The notes: generated by a model not told the origin, from the sequence alone. A stretch of 58,995 nucleotides of DNA from Myxococcota bacterium (GCA_023150835.1 JAKLKB010000025.1:1-58995), one strand, 5' to 3'; positions 9,447-19,259 are shown, counted from the first letter of the stretch. Program-made: numbers and translations.

Positions 9447-12400
9447 TTAAGGGGTTTGCTGCGTTAATTGGCGGAGGTATTCAGCGGGAGGTGCGTTGGG
9501 GGGTGGATTGAGTCCACGCACCTCGAAGGAGGCCGATGAGGCCGCAGCACTCGGAGAAAGGCGTGCTTTGAACCAGTATTCTCCTGCGGGCAGAGACTCG
9601 TACATCATGCAAGCGCGGGCGAGCGGCTGCATGGAGCGGTTGTACAAGACGCAGCGGGTTTTTTCGTGAGCAGCGACCAAACCAAGCCCGATCTTGGAGG
9701 CTTTGGGGACACGGACAGCAAACCACAGGGCGGAGCTTTGGGAGAGCAGGTAGGGTCCGTGGCGTCCTTCGGATTGCCAGACAAGGGGTTGTGTGGAAGC
9801 CAGAAGATGAACGGAGGCGGAGGTTTGGTGGCGATGGCGCAAGCCGATCCAGTAGTGTCCTTTGGTGAGGGGGAGGGACAGCGTACAGCCGTGAGGGGCG
9901 CTGTGACTAAAGAAGGCAGGTTTGCCGATCTCTCCGATGGCGCAAACAAGGGCGTTTCCATGTGCGCGGAAGGTGAGGACGTGTGTGTTGTCGGCTTGGT
10001 AACGGAAAAAGGCTTGGGTTCCTTTAAAGGTCGCGTGTCGTCCAAGAGCGGGGAAGGCAGAGAATGGCGAAGCGGAGGTTGCGTAAGGTGCGTTCCATCG
10101 GGCCTGATGGCGTTGCTGATGTTGTACAAGTGCGATGCGTCCGGCAAGGCGGCTGGTGTGGACAACGAAGATTGCGGAGCCTTGGAGGTGATCGAGTGGT
10201 TGCTTGCAACCGTCGAGGAATCGGCCTTGGGGGAGTTGGAGTTGACAGGAGAGGCCGCGCCCAAGGGCTTGGAGGGTGGTGTGAGCGAGCGGTAAGCGAA
10301 CAGGGACACGCAAGATCGGCTGCATGGAGGAAGCGGCCCATTCGTGCGAAGTATTGGGCGAGAGGGAGATCGGTGTGTTGTGGATCTCGTGAGCGGTGAA
10401 GGCGTATTGAAGGGGAGAATCACCTGCTTGGAGAGTGAGTGTGGCAGATGAGGGAAGAGGGAGAGACCACAAGCAGCTTTGTGTGGTGCCGGTACTTTGG
10501 CAAGAAGCGATCAGTTGTGTTCCTTGGTCGGAGGGAGAGGTCAACAGCGCAATCCCCGCGCCTTGGAGCGTGAGGTGTCCTTGGAGCCCGGTCCATCGGG
10601 GCATACGGATCTGGGTGGATTGTTTGGCTGCGAGCGTGTGGGTTCCCGTCTCGCCTGAAAAGGCTGTGTCGGAGGTGGTGGGCGTGGAAAGGTCGATGGG
10701 CTGGACCAAAATAGTGCCTTGACGGATCGTATCGGCGGCGCTTTCGCGGGGACGCCAGAGGCTGAGGGAGTGTTGCCCTGCCTTGAGGTAGGCGAGCAGG
10801 TGACAGCGGAGATCATCGCGTTGTGGGGGCCAGATCCCGCGTTGTGTGCCGATCTGACAGCCCCAACGAGAGCTACCTTCGCCACGTATCTCGATCTGGT
10901 AAAAGCCCTCTTTGGCGAGGGAGATCTGGAAGCGTTTGCTTTGATCGGCTGGGACTTGGATGGCGAAGCGATGGTTGGGAAGAAACGGAAATTCGGTGAT
11001 GTGGATCTGTAGGTTGTGGAGACCTTTTGCGCTGACGCCCAACCATCCGAGATGATGGCCTGCTTGGAGGCTCAAAGCCTCCGTACAAGAGACCCATCGC
11101 AGCGTGCCGCCGAGGGGAGCGAGGCCACAATAAGCTTGGGGGTGTCCTGTGACGTTCAGTTTGTAGATGCCGTCTTGGGGGATCGCGAAGTGCACAAATG
11201 CGTGATCGCGGCGACTTACGCGAAAGGTGTGGGGCTTGCCTTCTGTGATGGCGGTAGCAGGGAGGCTTTTGAGGCGTGCGTAGGCTTTGTGTGTTTGGCT
11301 GTAGAGAGAGCGAACGCGCCAACGGTATTGTCCGGGGCCAAGCAAACGGAACAGGGAGCATCTGCCCGAAGTACCGAGGACTTCTTGGGTTTGGACGTTT
11401 TCTAGCGCGCACCCAAGGTTTCTTCGGGAGCGTGTGTCGATCTGGATGGCAGTGATCTCTTGGAGTTGAAACAGCAAGCCTTGGATGGGTTCGCCTTGGA
11501 GATCGATGGTGGTGGACTTGGCTTGTGCAAAGGGTTGATCTTTGCCGGATGGACGGGACTTGAGAGAAAGCCATGTGCCTTTTCCAAGGCCGTTGAGGGT
11601 GAGGGTGTAGAGGCCCGCAGGCAAAAGCTCGGATAGACGGCAATCCCAGCGTTCTTTGCGCATATCGTCGTTGGTGCTGAGGATCTTTCCGTTGTCAGCG
11701 CGTGCAAGGGTACACCATACGTCGGGATCGCCTTCGGTTTGGAGATCGAGGCGAGCGCGTTCGTGGAGGCGGATCTGGAGGGTGGAAGGGACTTCGCGCC
11801 AAAGCCATGTGCCGGGGGCGCTTTCGATGACGCGCAGTCCGATCTCATAGCGCTCCTCTGTTTTGCTTTCGTTGTGTTGTACGGCCAATCGGTAGGTTCC
11901 GGCAGGAGTGCGGAAGGTGGCTTTTCCGTTTTTGATCTCGGCGATGAACTGCTTTCCAGCAAACAGGCGGCCTGTAAAGTCTTTGCTGAGCGTGGCTTCG
12001 AGGGTCATCTCGACAGGGATCTTGACCTCAAAAGCGTCCGCTCCAAGGGGCGAGATCTTGGTGTGATAAAGTCCGTACAACGGGAGCGTGGCGACGGATT
12101 CGCTGCTCTCGGGGCCACGCTCCAGCTCGATGGCTTGGAGCGAGACACTTTTTTGGCCTTGGAGGACGTTGGCGCGCAGGTGCGAAAGCAGAGCGGAGGG
12201 CGTAGAGGCCGAAGGCGTTTCGCTGTCATAACGGCGATAGCGTCGGTCGGTGGGTGAAGGGGTGGCGCTTTGGAGGGTGCGGGGGGCATCGGCGTTGGGA
12301 GCGGTGTAATAGGGATCGAAGGTATCAGCTTGTACTCCGTAGGCTTCATCGGGGAGAGGCCAAAAGAAGCGTACGCGATCGTTTTGATAGATCATGACGC

Positions 12401-14753
12401 GGTAGCGGGCCTCTTGGCGTGTGGGGAAGATCCACAAAGAGTAATCGCCGGCTTCAAGCTCTCCCATCCAACGGCAGGGTTTGCCCGAACTGATCGGCCA
12501 ATTGCCCTTGGCTTCGAGGCGGCAGATCAAGAGCTCGTCGTGGCTAAAGGTTTGAAGGGTGTATGGGGCGGTTTTGTAGACACGAAGGTTGTGATAACGT
12601 CCATGAGAAGGGCGAGTCAACGAGTACACACGCTTTTCTGGAGTAAGACGCGTGGCGTGGCCTTTTACGCTGAGGGGTTGGGCGAACAAGCGGAGAGCGC
12701 CGGAGCTTGCGCCTTGAGTGGCGACGCGCAGGCGGTATTCGCCGACGGGAAGGTACTGGATCATGAGGCAATTGTAGCCGGGACCGTTTTGGGCTTCTTG
12801 GAAGAGCTTGGGTTCGGCGGGGGTTTGTAGGGTGCAGGCGGTGCGTACGAGTCCTTGGGTCTCGATGCGATAAAGCCCGCTGCGCGTGACGTTCCAATGA
12901 AAGGTGCGTTGCTCACTGTGAGCGAGCGAAAAGGCGGTGGGGATTCGCAGCGGAAGATTGGGGAGTGCGGTGGGTTCGGGAGCTTCGGCAGAAAAGGGGT
13001 GTGTTTGAAAGGCTTGTGTGATGGCTTGGCGTGCCGAGGCGGGTGCAGAGGCTTTGTGAAAAGCTACGGAACCTGCGCGGACATGGCCGGGATCGCCTGT
13101 GTGTAGCACATAAAGTCCCGTTTGAAGGGCGACTTGGAAGCGGCATGGGCCTTGTTGGATGCGTGAGTGATCGGGATGGGGTGGGGTGTTGGGGGGGAGG
13201 ATATCGGGGATCAGTCGGCGTGACCAAGCGATACTTCCCGTGTTGTTGCCGGTGAGATGGATCTCGATCTTGTAGAGTCCGGCAGGGAGTTTGGAGACGA
13301 TCTTGCAGTTGCGTTTTTCACCGCCATCGTCGTTTTGAGCGATGCGTTCGCCTTTGTGGCTGACGATCGTGCAGATGGGATCTTGGCTTCCGTGGGTTTC
13401 GAGATGGATCGTGCCGGGATAGGGAAGGAAGAACCACTCGGCAAGACCGCCTTGTTGGAGCAGGGCGTGTTGTTTGTGGGGAGTCGCGGAGAGGGGGAGG
13501 GTGCGAGCTTGCAGGAGCTTGTGGGTGGTGGTGTCTTGCAGGAGGCAGCTTTGACCGAGGTTGTTGGCTTGGATGAAGTATTCGTCGGAGCGGAGGGTCT
13601 GTAACTCGTAAGCTCCCGTGATTCCTGCGTAGGTGGTGGCCGCGACGGTGGTTCCGAGAGAAACGGCGCTTTTTTGTGCAGGGAAGAGGTGATAGCCAAG
13701 GCTAATCGATTGTTGTGCGAAGCCGGTGGCGACGAGAAGATAGCGCTGGCCTGATTGTATTGTGGTGTTCTCACGGCAATGGAAGGATCGTTGGAAGCGG
13801 TAGCGATACATGGAGCAGGAGGAGATGAGCCGGTGGTTTCCGAGGGGATCAAAGAGGTAAAGGCGAAGCCCAAAGCGGCGGTCGCTTTGTCCGACAAAGA
13901 GCATACGAACGGAGGGTGCGGAGTGGGTTTGGGGGAGGGAGAAAGCAAATTCGCGGATTCCGTTGCTGGCGGTTGTGTGGGTTTGAAGCTGGGCGACAGG
14001 CAGGAAGGTTTCGCCGAAAGAGACGTAGGCATCGGCTTCTTGGGTGCTTTGACCACGAGGGGGAGGGAGGGAGGTGTCGCCGTAGAGGGCGAAATGGTAG
14101 ATGCCTGCTTCGAGGACGCCCGAAAGGTTGCAAGTGCGGTGGTAGCCTTGGTTGGAGTAGACGTTGGCGTTTTGGGCGGTGGTTTGGAGGCCGGTGGCCC
14201 ATCCGTGAGCATCAAAGAGGCGGCATGCGAAAACGGTCGGTCCCATCGAGCGGATCTGGACATGGCGGCGTTCTAGGACTTCGACGCGGTAGGTGTTGAA
14301 GTGGAGGCGCTTGAGTGAGGTGGTTTGTTCGACGCCTGATTTCAGGACTTCGCTGGCGGAGGCTTCGTAGCGCAGGAAATGAAGTTTGGTTTGTTGGAGT
14401 GTGCCTTGTTTTGCTCGGATCTCGATGCGGTAATCGCCCGCTGCGAGGTGGAGATCGAATCGGCAGTTTTTGCTTTGGCCGCTGTCGTCGTCGGTGGCGA
14501 AGAAGCCGCGCCAACGGTCAAATAGGCGGCATACGGTGTCGTTTTCGCCCGAAGTTTCGATGCGAAACTCACCTTTTTGCTTGACGCGCAAGACAAAGAA
14601 CAGGCGTTTTTGTTTCGTGATCTGGATGACTTCGCCTTCTTGAACTTCTCGATCAGCGGCTTGTGTTGGAGCGCTTGGTAGGAAGCACCCAAAACACAAG
14701 AGGATGGCGACAAGCCATCGGGGTGGTTTGCGGTCTTGCTTGTGATAGATCAT
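9447..14753 (-). CDS. Large secreted protein (~1768 aa) built from ~15 PPC-like beta-sandwich repeats, most with a Cys pair
   Basis: ATG 14753 with GGAG RBS and a signal peptide (TQA-AD). Repeated ETxGxxDxxCxL...NDDxG.xxNC.(I/L)...L.(A/P)GxY modules. Confidence 0.8.
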   Translation of the reverse strand: MIYHKQDRKPPRWLVAILLCFGCFLPSAPTQAADREVQEGEVIQITKQKRLFFVLRVKQKGEFRIETSGENDTVCRLFDRWRGFFATDDDSGQSKNCRFDLHLAAGDYRIEIRAKQGTLQQTKLHFLRYEASASEVLKSGVEQTTSLKRLHFNTYRVEVLERRHVQIRSMGPTVFACRLFDAHGWATGLQTTAQNANVYSNQGYHRTCNLSGVLEAGIYHFALYGDTSLPPPRGQSTQEADAYVSFGETFLPVAQLQTHTTASNGIREFAFSLPQTHSAPSVRMLFVGQSDRRFGLRLYLFDPLGNHRLISSCSMYRYRFQRSFHCRENTTIQSGQRYLLVATGFAQQSISLGYHLFPAQKSAVSLGTTVAATTYAGITGAYELQTLRSDEYFIQANNLGQSCLLQDTTTHKLLQARTLPLSATPHKQHALLQQGGLAEWFFLPYPGTIHLETHGSQDPICTIVSHKGERIAQNDDGGEKRNCKIVSKLPAGLYKIEIHLTGNNTGSIAWSRRLIPDILPPNTPPHPDHSRIQQGPCRFQVALQTGLYVLHTGDPGHVRAGSVAFHKASAPASARQAITQAFQTHPFSAEAPEPTALPNLPLRIPTAFSLAHSEQRTFHWNVTRSGLYRIETQGLVRTACTLQTPAEPKLFQEAQNGPGYNCLMIQYLPVGEYRLRVATQGASSGALRLFAQPLSVKGHATRLTPEKRVYSLTRPSHGRYHNLRVYKTAPYTLQTFSHDELLICRLEAKGNWPISSGKPCRWMGELEAGDYSLWIFPTRQEARYRVMIYQNDRVRFFWPLPDEAYGVQADTFDPYYTAPNADAPRTLQSATPSPTDRRYRRYDSETPSASTPSALLSHLRANVLQGQKSVSLQAIELERGPESSESVATLPLYGLYHTKISPLGADAFEVKIPVEMTLEATLSKDFTGRLFAGKQFIAEIKNGKATFRTPAGTYRLAVQHNESKTEERYEIGLRVIESAPGTWLWREVPSTLQIRLHERARLDLQTEGDPDVWCTLARADNGKILSTNDDMRKERWDCRLSELLPAGLYTLTLNGLGKGTWLSLKSRPSGKDQPFAQAKSTTIDLQGEPIQGLLFQLQEITAIQIDTRSRRNLGCALENVQTQEVLGTSGRCSLFRLLGPGQYRWRVRSLYSQTHKAYARLKSLPATAITEGKPHTFRVSRRDHAFVHFAIPQDGIYKLNVTGHPQAYCGLAPLGGTLRWVSCTEALSLQAGHHLGWLGVSAKGLHNLQIHITEFPFLPNHRFAIQVPADQSKRFQISLAKEGFYQIEIRGEGSSRWGCQIGTQRGIWPPQRDDLRCHLLAYLKAGQHSLSLWRPRESAADTIRQGTILVQPIDLSTPTTSDTAFSGETGTHTLAAKQSTQIRMPRWTGLQGHLTLQGAGIALLTSPSDQGTQLIASCQSTGTTQSCLWSLPLPSSATLTLQAGDSPLQYAFTAHEIHNTPISLSPNTSHEWAASSMQPILRVPVRLPLAHTTLQALGRGLSCQLQLPQGRFLDGCKQPLDHLQGSAIFVVHTSRLAGRIALVQHQQRHQARWNAPYATSASPFSAFPALGRHATFKGTQAFFRYQADNTHVLTFRAHGNALVCAIGEIGKPAFFSHSAPHGCTLSLPLTKGHYWIGLRHRHQTSASVHLLASTQPLVWQSEGRHGPYLLSQSSALWFAVRVPKASKIGLGLVAAHEKTRCVLYNRSMQPLARACMMYESLPAGEYWFKARLSPSAAASSASFEVRGLNPPPNAPPAEYLRQLTQQTP

Positions 14754-15170
14754 GCGAAAGGCTCCTGTCCTCGGCTGCTTTGGAGGCGTGTGTGGTTTGG
14801 GGCGACGAAGGGGAGAAGCATCAAACAAAGAGAGACGAATATGCAAACGTTCTGCGTCCGATGGTATCGAGCGCTTGGCAACAGACATACTTTTGCGGGA
14901 AAGCGCTCTTTGTGTAGCATGGTCCTTTCTTTGGCTCAAGTTGTTGGTGTGTGCGCGGGCTAGGGTACACCCTCTCTCGCAGGATGTGTGAGGCCGATAT
15001 CTCGGGGCTTTGCGTGAGGATGGCCACACAAGGCTAGAGTCGCACAAAAGGGTTTGCATCACGGACTTGCGCAAACACAAGTAGTTTGGCTTTGTGAAGC
15101 GGGTGTGAACGCTGATCAAATCGGCGGCGAATTATTTTAGACTTACGCGTAGGACTTACGCAGTTCGATG

Positions 15171-15243
15171 GTTTTGGTGGGGTGCCACCCCATGCGCGCT
15201 AGGGAGCAAGGCTCCTTTGACTTCGTATTGGCGGGGTGATCGA
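15171..15243 (-). repeat. Family S repeat, partial (3' half) copy
   Basis: Reverse complement: CGATCACCCCGCCAATACGAAGTCAAAGGAGCCTTGCTCCCTAGCGCGCATGGGGTGGCACCCCACCAAAAC. Confidence 0.75.
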
Positions 15244-15336
15244 GGATGAGTCGGAGGGGGTGGGGTTGCGATCGAAGAGATTGCGTTTTATGGGTGGGCG
15301 GTTGAGTTGTGGTCGCGAACAAAAAGGAGAGCGGTT

Positions 15337-15765
15337 TTGAGACGAGAAGAGATTACCCAAGCAGAAGCCGAAGAGATCGCGCAATTGATGCAACAGCGGC
15401 ATCAGTCCTATCTGAACGAGGGAGAATATTTTGAGGTGAGCGGTTATCGTTCATCGGGCGAAGTGTATACGCAAGTGATCCTGCGGAACGCCGAGGAAAG
15501 TCTGTATTATCCCGTCGAATGCCAGATGGATATGTTGCGCAGCGATATCGAAGGCCCGCTTGAAGCGATGTATTTGTTGTTGGACTTTCAAGATTATTAT
15601 TTTGGTCGGTATTTGAGCGAAGATCGGGATGTGTATTTGGCGATCGATTGGGCAGAATACCAATTTGAGGATCATGTGATCGTGGCGCGAGGGCAGATCT
15701 TCAATCGCAAGTTGGAGCAGATGGCGGATCGGTTGCTTGCAGGCGAAAAGCTCGGTGAATGTTGA
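15337..15765 (+). CDS. Hypothetical acidic protein (~142 aa)
   Basis: AAGGAG RBS before TTG at 15337, natural globular composition, co-oriented with ung. Confidence 0.75.
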   Translation: MRREEITQAEAEEIAQLMQQRHQSYLNEGEYFEVSGYRSSGEVYTQVILRNAEESLYYPVECQMDMLRSDIEGPLEAMYLLLDFQDYYFGRYLSEDRDVYLAIDWAEYQFEDHVIVARGQIFNRKLEQMADRLLAGEKLGEC

Positions 15766-15772
15766 GAAAACT

Positions 15773-15891
15773 CCCCGTGTTCGAGGCCATTCAAGCGAGA
15801 GAGTCGTTGGTGTGAAAAACCTGTGATCGCTTCGCCAATGCGGGGTCAAGGGGTCGAAGATCCCTTGCGGGGTGTGGGGTTGAAACCCCAC
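15773..15891 (+). repeat. Family S structured repeat, copy 3
   Basis: CCCCGTGTTCG..TTCAAGCGA..GTGAAAAAC..TCGCCAATGCGGGGTCAAGGGGTCGAAGATCCCTTGCGGGGTGTGGGGTTGAAACCCCAC. Confidence 0.9.
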
Positions 15892-15931
15892 TTCAACCGA
15901 AGAGTCGGAGCACTTTGAGGCAGAGGAACAG

Positions 15932-16633
15932 ATGACAGAAAAAGAACAGAAACGAACAGGCCCTCAGATGGAAGCTTCGTGGTTGGCGGTGTTGGGGGAG
16001 GAGTTCAAACAGCCGTATATGGCGGATCTGCGGGCTTTTCTTCAAGAAGAAAAGAAAAATCATACGATCTATCCGCCGGGATCGTTGATGTTTCATGCGT
16101 TTGAGCGAACACCGTATGACAGGGTGCGTGTGGTGATCTTGGGACAAGACCCGTATCATGGGCCGGGTCAAGCGCATGGCTTGTGTTTTTCGGTGCCTGA
16201 TGGGGTACCGCCACCGCCCTCTTTGGTCAACGTCTTTCAGGAGATCCACAGCGACTTGGGCTTAGCGATTCCATCGCATGGGAACTTGACGCATTGGGCC
16301 GAACAAGGGGTGTTGTTGTTGAATGCGGTGTTGAGCGTGCGTGCGCGTCAAGCGAACTCGCATGCGGGTCGTGGGTGGGAGACCTTTACGGATCGTGTGA
16401 TCGAAGCGATCAACGAAGGGCGAGAGGGTGTGGTGTTTGTGTTGTGGGGGAAATATGCCCGAGAAAAAGCGGGGCGGGTGGATCGCAAGAAGCACTTGGT
16501 GTTGACGGCGGCGCATCCTTCGCCGCTTTCAGCGAGCAACGGATTTTTCGGATGCCGCCATTTTTCAAAGATCAACCAATACTTTACGGGGCGTGGTGGA
16601 GCGCCGATAGATTGGTCTCTTCCGCCTCGGTGA
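15932..16633 (+). CDS. ung: Uracil-DNA glycosylase (family 1)
   Basis: GQDPYH, PPSL, GVLLLN and HPSPLS motifs. Confidence 0.97.
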   Translation: MTEKEQKRTGPQMEASWLAVLGEEFKQPYMADLRAFLQEEKKNHTIYPPGSLMFHAFERTPYDRVRVVILGQDPYHGPGQAHGLCFSVPDGVPPPPSLVNVFQEIHSDLGLAIPSHGNLTHWAEQGVLLLNAVLSVRARQANSHAGRGWETFTDRVIEAINEGREGVVFVLWGKYAREKAGRVDRKKHLVLTAAHPSPLSASNGFFGCRHFSKINQYFTGRGGAPIDWSLPPR

Positions 16634-18182
16634 CGAGACTCGGGGTTGAGGATAGGAGCTCCGAGGCAAGCAAGTGGGGCGTGGCTTGAAGTGTCCAGTT
16701 GGCGAGGTGGACGTAGGTGGTGTGATCGGTGTGCGCGATGATCACGAAGGGTTGGATTTGAGGGAGTGCCGCAGGGCGGTGTGTCGGGGCTTTTGGGGCT
16801 TTTGATGCAGAGGGGGGCGTCTTCGGATTTGGTGTGGTGGGTGTTGTTGTGTGTTGTGGAAGGGGGGTGATGGTGGGGCGGTTGTTGTGGGAGATGTGGT
16901 TGATTTCTTCGGATGGATGGGCAAGAGCGGCGCTCCATGTTCCGAGATTGATGTAGAGGTGTTTGTTGGAGAGGGGTTGCCGCTCGAAGAGGTGGTTGTG
17001 CCCGAAGATCGTGAGTGGGACGCGAAGTTGTTCGGTGATGTGTAGGGCTGCTGTGATCAGGCCGGGTGCTGCGGTGGTTGCGGGGAAGCGGCGTGCGAGG
17101 CGCAGATAGGTCCAGACAAAACTGCAAGAGATCATCGTGAGGAAAGCTGCGGTAGCATGGGGAGAACGCGCAGATCGCAAGCAGATCGCCACAAGCCACG
17201 CCGTCAACGAGACCAAGAGCAGACGGTCGAGATAGAGAAGTTGGACGAGATCGAAAGTGCGTGCGTAAAGGGGCGGTGCATGGCGTTTTTGGAGGGCATC
17301 GAGGCGTTGTGCGCAAAGGCCATGACGCGAGGCGATCTGGTCGAGGTCTTGGGGGGAGAGATGCGTCGTGCGTTGTTGCCAAGAGAGCCAAAACAGCCGA
17401 TAAATCGAGTCAAACGCCACACGAAACATCAGAGATTGCAAACGCAGCGGCTGGCGCAGGATGTGGCGAAAGATATCGTAAGTTCGCCAATGATCGGCTT
17501 CGTGGTGTCCGACGCTGGCGAAGGATTCTTGGCAGCGGTACTGGGCTTCTACGGCGAGATGGCTGACCGAACGCATGGAGGTGTGGAGGTCGGGTTGCAA
17601 GAAAGATTCGACCGTACACAGGCGATCGTGGAGGTGTCCGTGTTCGATGTGAAGGATGCCTTCTTCGGCATAGTACCAAGGGCAGAAGTGGAGTTGTTGG
17701 TGGAGTGTCGAAAGAAGAGAGTCACAATGGGCTTTGAGGGCGATCTGGCGGATCTGCTCGTAGAAGAGGCATTGAACGGAAGGGAGGTTGAGTTCGGCGT
17801 CGTGGTTTCCGGTGATGATGTAGATCTGGTGACCAGCGTGCATGAATGTCACCATCGCCCGAAAGATCCGAGGATACAGCGCGATCAGATGGCGTAGCTT
17901 GAGCAGGGCGCCCTCTTGATCCCATGCGGGGACGTACCATCGGTCGTCTTCGTAGGGGACGTGGGCGTGCATCAAGTCGAGCAGGTCGCCTGCGATCACC
18001 AAGCGCCACGGCTTGTTGTGGTGGGTGTGTTGGGTGTAGTAGTGCAAGAAAGCGGAAAACTGTTGATCTTGGAAGGAGACACGTTGTTGAACGGAGGCGC
18101 GGTCTTCTTGGGGGACTTGTTCGCCGAGGTGCAGGTCGCTGAGAACAAGAAGATTGTGCGAGGGGGGTTCTGGGTTCAACAT
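16584..18182 (-). CDS. Calcineurin-like metallophosphoesterase with two inserted hydrophobic helices
   Basis: SDLHLG, GDLLD, GNHD, EHGH and FGHNH motifs, AAGGAG RBS before ATG 18182. The 3' end overlaps ung by 50 bp. Confidence 0.85.
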   Translation of the reverse strand: MLNPEPPSHNLLVLSDLHLGEQVPQEDRASVQQRVSFQDQQFSAFLHYYTQHTHHNKPWRLVIAGDLLDLMHAHVPYEDDRWYVPAWDQEGALLKLRHLIALYPRIFRAMVTFMHAGHQIYIITGNHDAELNLPSVQCLFYEQIRQIALKAHCDSLLSTLHQQLHFCPWYYAEEGILHIEHGHLHDRLCTVESFLQPDLHTSMRSVSHLAVEAQYRCQESFASVGHHEADHWRTYDIFRHILRQPLRLQSLMFRVAFDSIYRLFWLSWQQRTTHLSPQDLDQIASRHGLCAQRLDALQKRHAPPLYARTFDLVQLLYLDRLLLVSLTAWLVAICLRSARSPHATAAFLTMISCSFVWTYLRLARRFPATTAAPGLITAALHITEQLRVPLTIFGHNHLFERQPLSNKHLYINLGTWSAALAHPSEEINHISHNNRPTITPLPQHTTTPTTPNPKTPPSASKAPKAPTHRPAALPQIQPFVIIAHTDHTTYVHLANWTLQATPHLLASELLSSTPSLVTEAEETNLSALHHAP

Positions 18183-18550
18183 GATCGGCTCCTTGTGGGC
18201 GTTTGTTCCCTGTGTAGATGCTTGGGAGAAGGGAACGGGTGTGGTCTTCCTTTTTCTTTTGCGCCTTGCTCTTGACAAGGGGGTGACAGGGGATCAAATT
18301 CGCGGCCACTTTTGGGCTGACATCGGTCAGCCGAGGGTCTTTGCGGCTTTCTCGATGTTTCTTGCGGGCGGCTGATTGGGCGTTGACATCGCGTTTTTCG
18401 ATGGTTTCGCTTGGAACGCTCTGAAGCTCCTTCTTAGAAGAATGGTCTTCTTGAGATTCTTCTCGGAAGAACGGTCTTTTTTGTTGTGTATCTTTTGCAA
18501 CGAGGTGGATCGTTGATGAGACGTCCGATTTGTTGAGCGAGTCGTTGCCC

Positions 18551-18580
18551 TTGACAGAGGAAACCACCTCTTGCTAAAAA
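18551..18580 (+). promoter_or_regulatory. Candidate sigma70 promoter upstream of dksA
   Basis: TTGACA-18 bp-TAAAAA with TG at the extended -10 position. Confidence 0.4.
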
Positions 18581-18610
18581 AGGCAACTTTGTGTTTTGTT
18601 GTCCAGAGGG

Positions 18611-18813
18611 TTGATTTGGATGCACCGCAAGACACAAGGCGGAACGGGCTGAGAAAGATCTTGTGAAGAAGATTTTTTCCTCGCCGTCAAGACATCCAGA
18701 GAGGCTGTGTGCCACCACAAACACACCGGCTGCTTGGATGGTTCCGTAAGAGGGAAGTGGTGCGATATCAAAACGCCGTGAGGATACGGCACCAGCGGGC
18801 AAAACCCCGTTGG
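18611..18813 (+). ncRNA. Candidate structured leader or small RNA upstream of dksA
   Basis: Nested pairings TTGAT/ATCAA, GCACCGC/GTGGTGC and GCGGAAC/GTTCCGT enclose two hairpins, followed by two further hairpins just before the RBS. Confidence 0.35.
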
Positions 18814-18836
18814 GAGGGATGGAAGGAGTTGCGCAG

Positions 18837-19259
18837 ATGGGACATTATCTGACACCTGAGCAAAGAAAAGAGGTTGAAGAGATCCTTGAATCGAAAAAGG
18901 ATCAGCTTTTGCGGGCGGCTCGCCAAAGTATCTCCGAACAAGTGAACGCGGGGGAGCCTTTGCCTGCGGACTCGATCGATATCTCGACAGACGAGAGCTT
19001 GCAGGTGACAGAACTGCGCCTCCGCGACCGTGAAAAATATCTGCTTTCCAAGATCGAAAAAGCCTTGCTGCGGATGAAAACCGATCCCGAATTTGGCTAC
19101 TGCACCGAGTGCGGTGTGGAGATCGGTTATCCACGTCTCAAAGCCCGTCCGATGGCGGATCTGTGCATCGATTGCAAAGAAGAGCAAGAACGCGAAGAAA
19201 AGCGCTTGCCTGATCGCCGCCAAGAAGAAGAACGCAACAGCCGCAGCTTTTTCCCTTGA
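18837..19259 (+). CDS. dksA: DksA/TraR family C4 zinc-finger transcription factor (~140 aa)
   Basis: Coiled coil with DxxD tip (DSID), RDREKYLLSKIEKAL, FGYCTECG...RLKARP...CIDC, and AAGGAG RBS. Confidence 0.9.
   Translation: MGHYLTPEQRKEVEEILESKKDQLLRAARQSISEQVNAGEPLPADSIDISTDESLQVTELRLRDREKYLLSKIEKALLRMKTDPEFGYCTECGVEIGYPRLKARPMADLCIDCKEEQEREEKRLPDRRQEEERNSRSFFP

Noticed and set aside
18611-18771. Firm call as 6S RNA or c-di-GMP riboswitch
   Set aside because: Branched terminal region, no usual ssrS context and no GEMM consensus. Kept only as an unnamed candidate.
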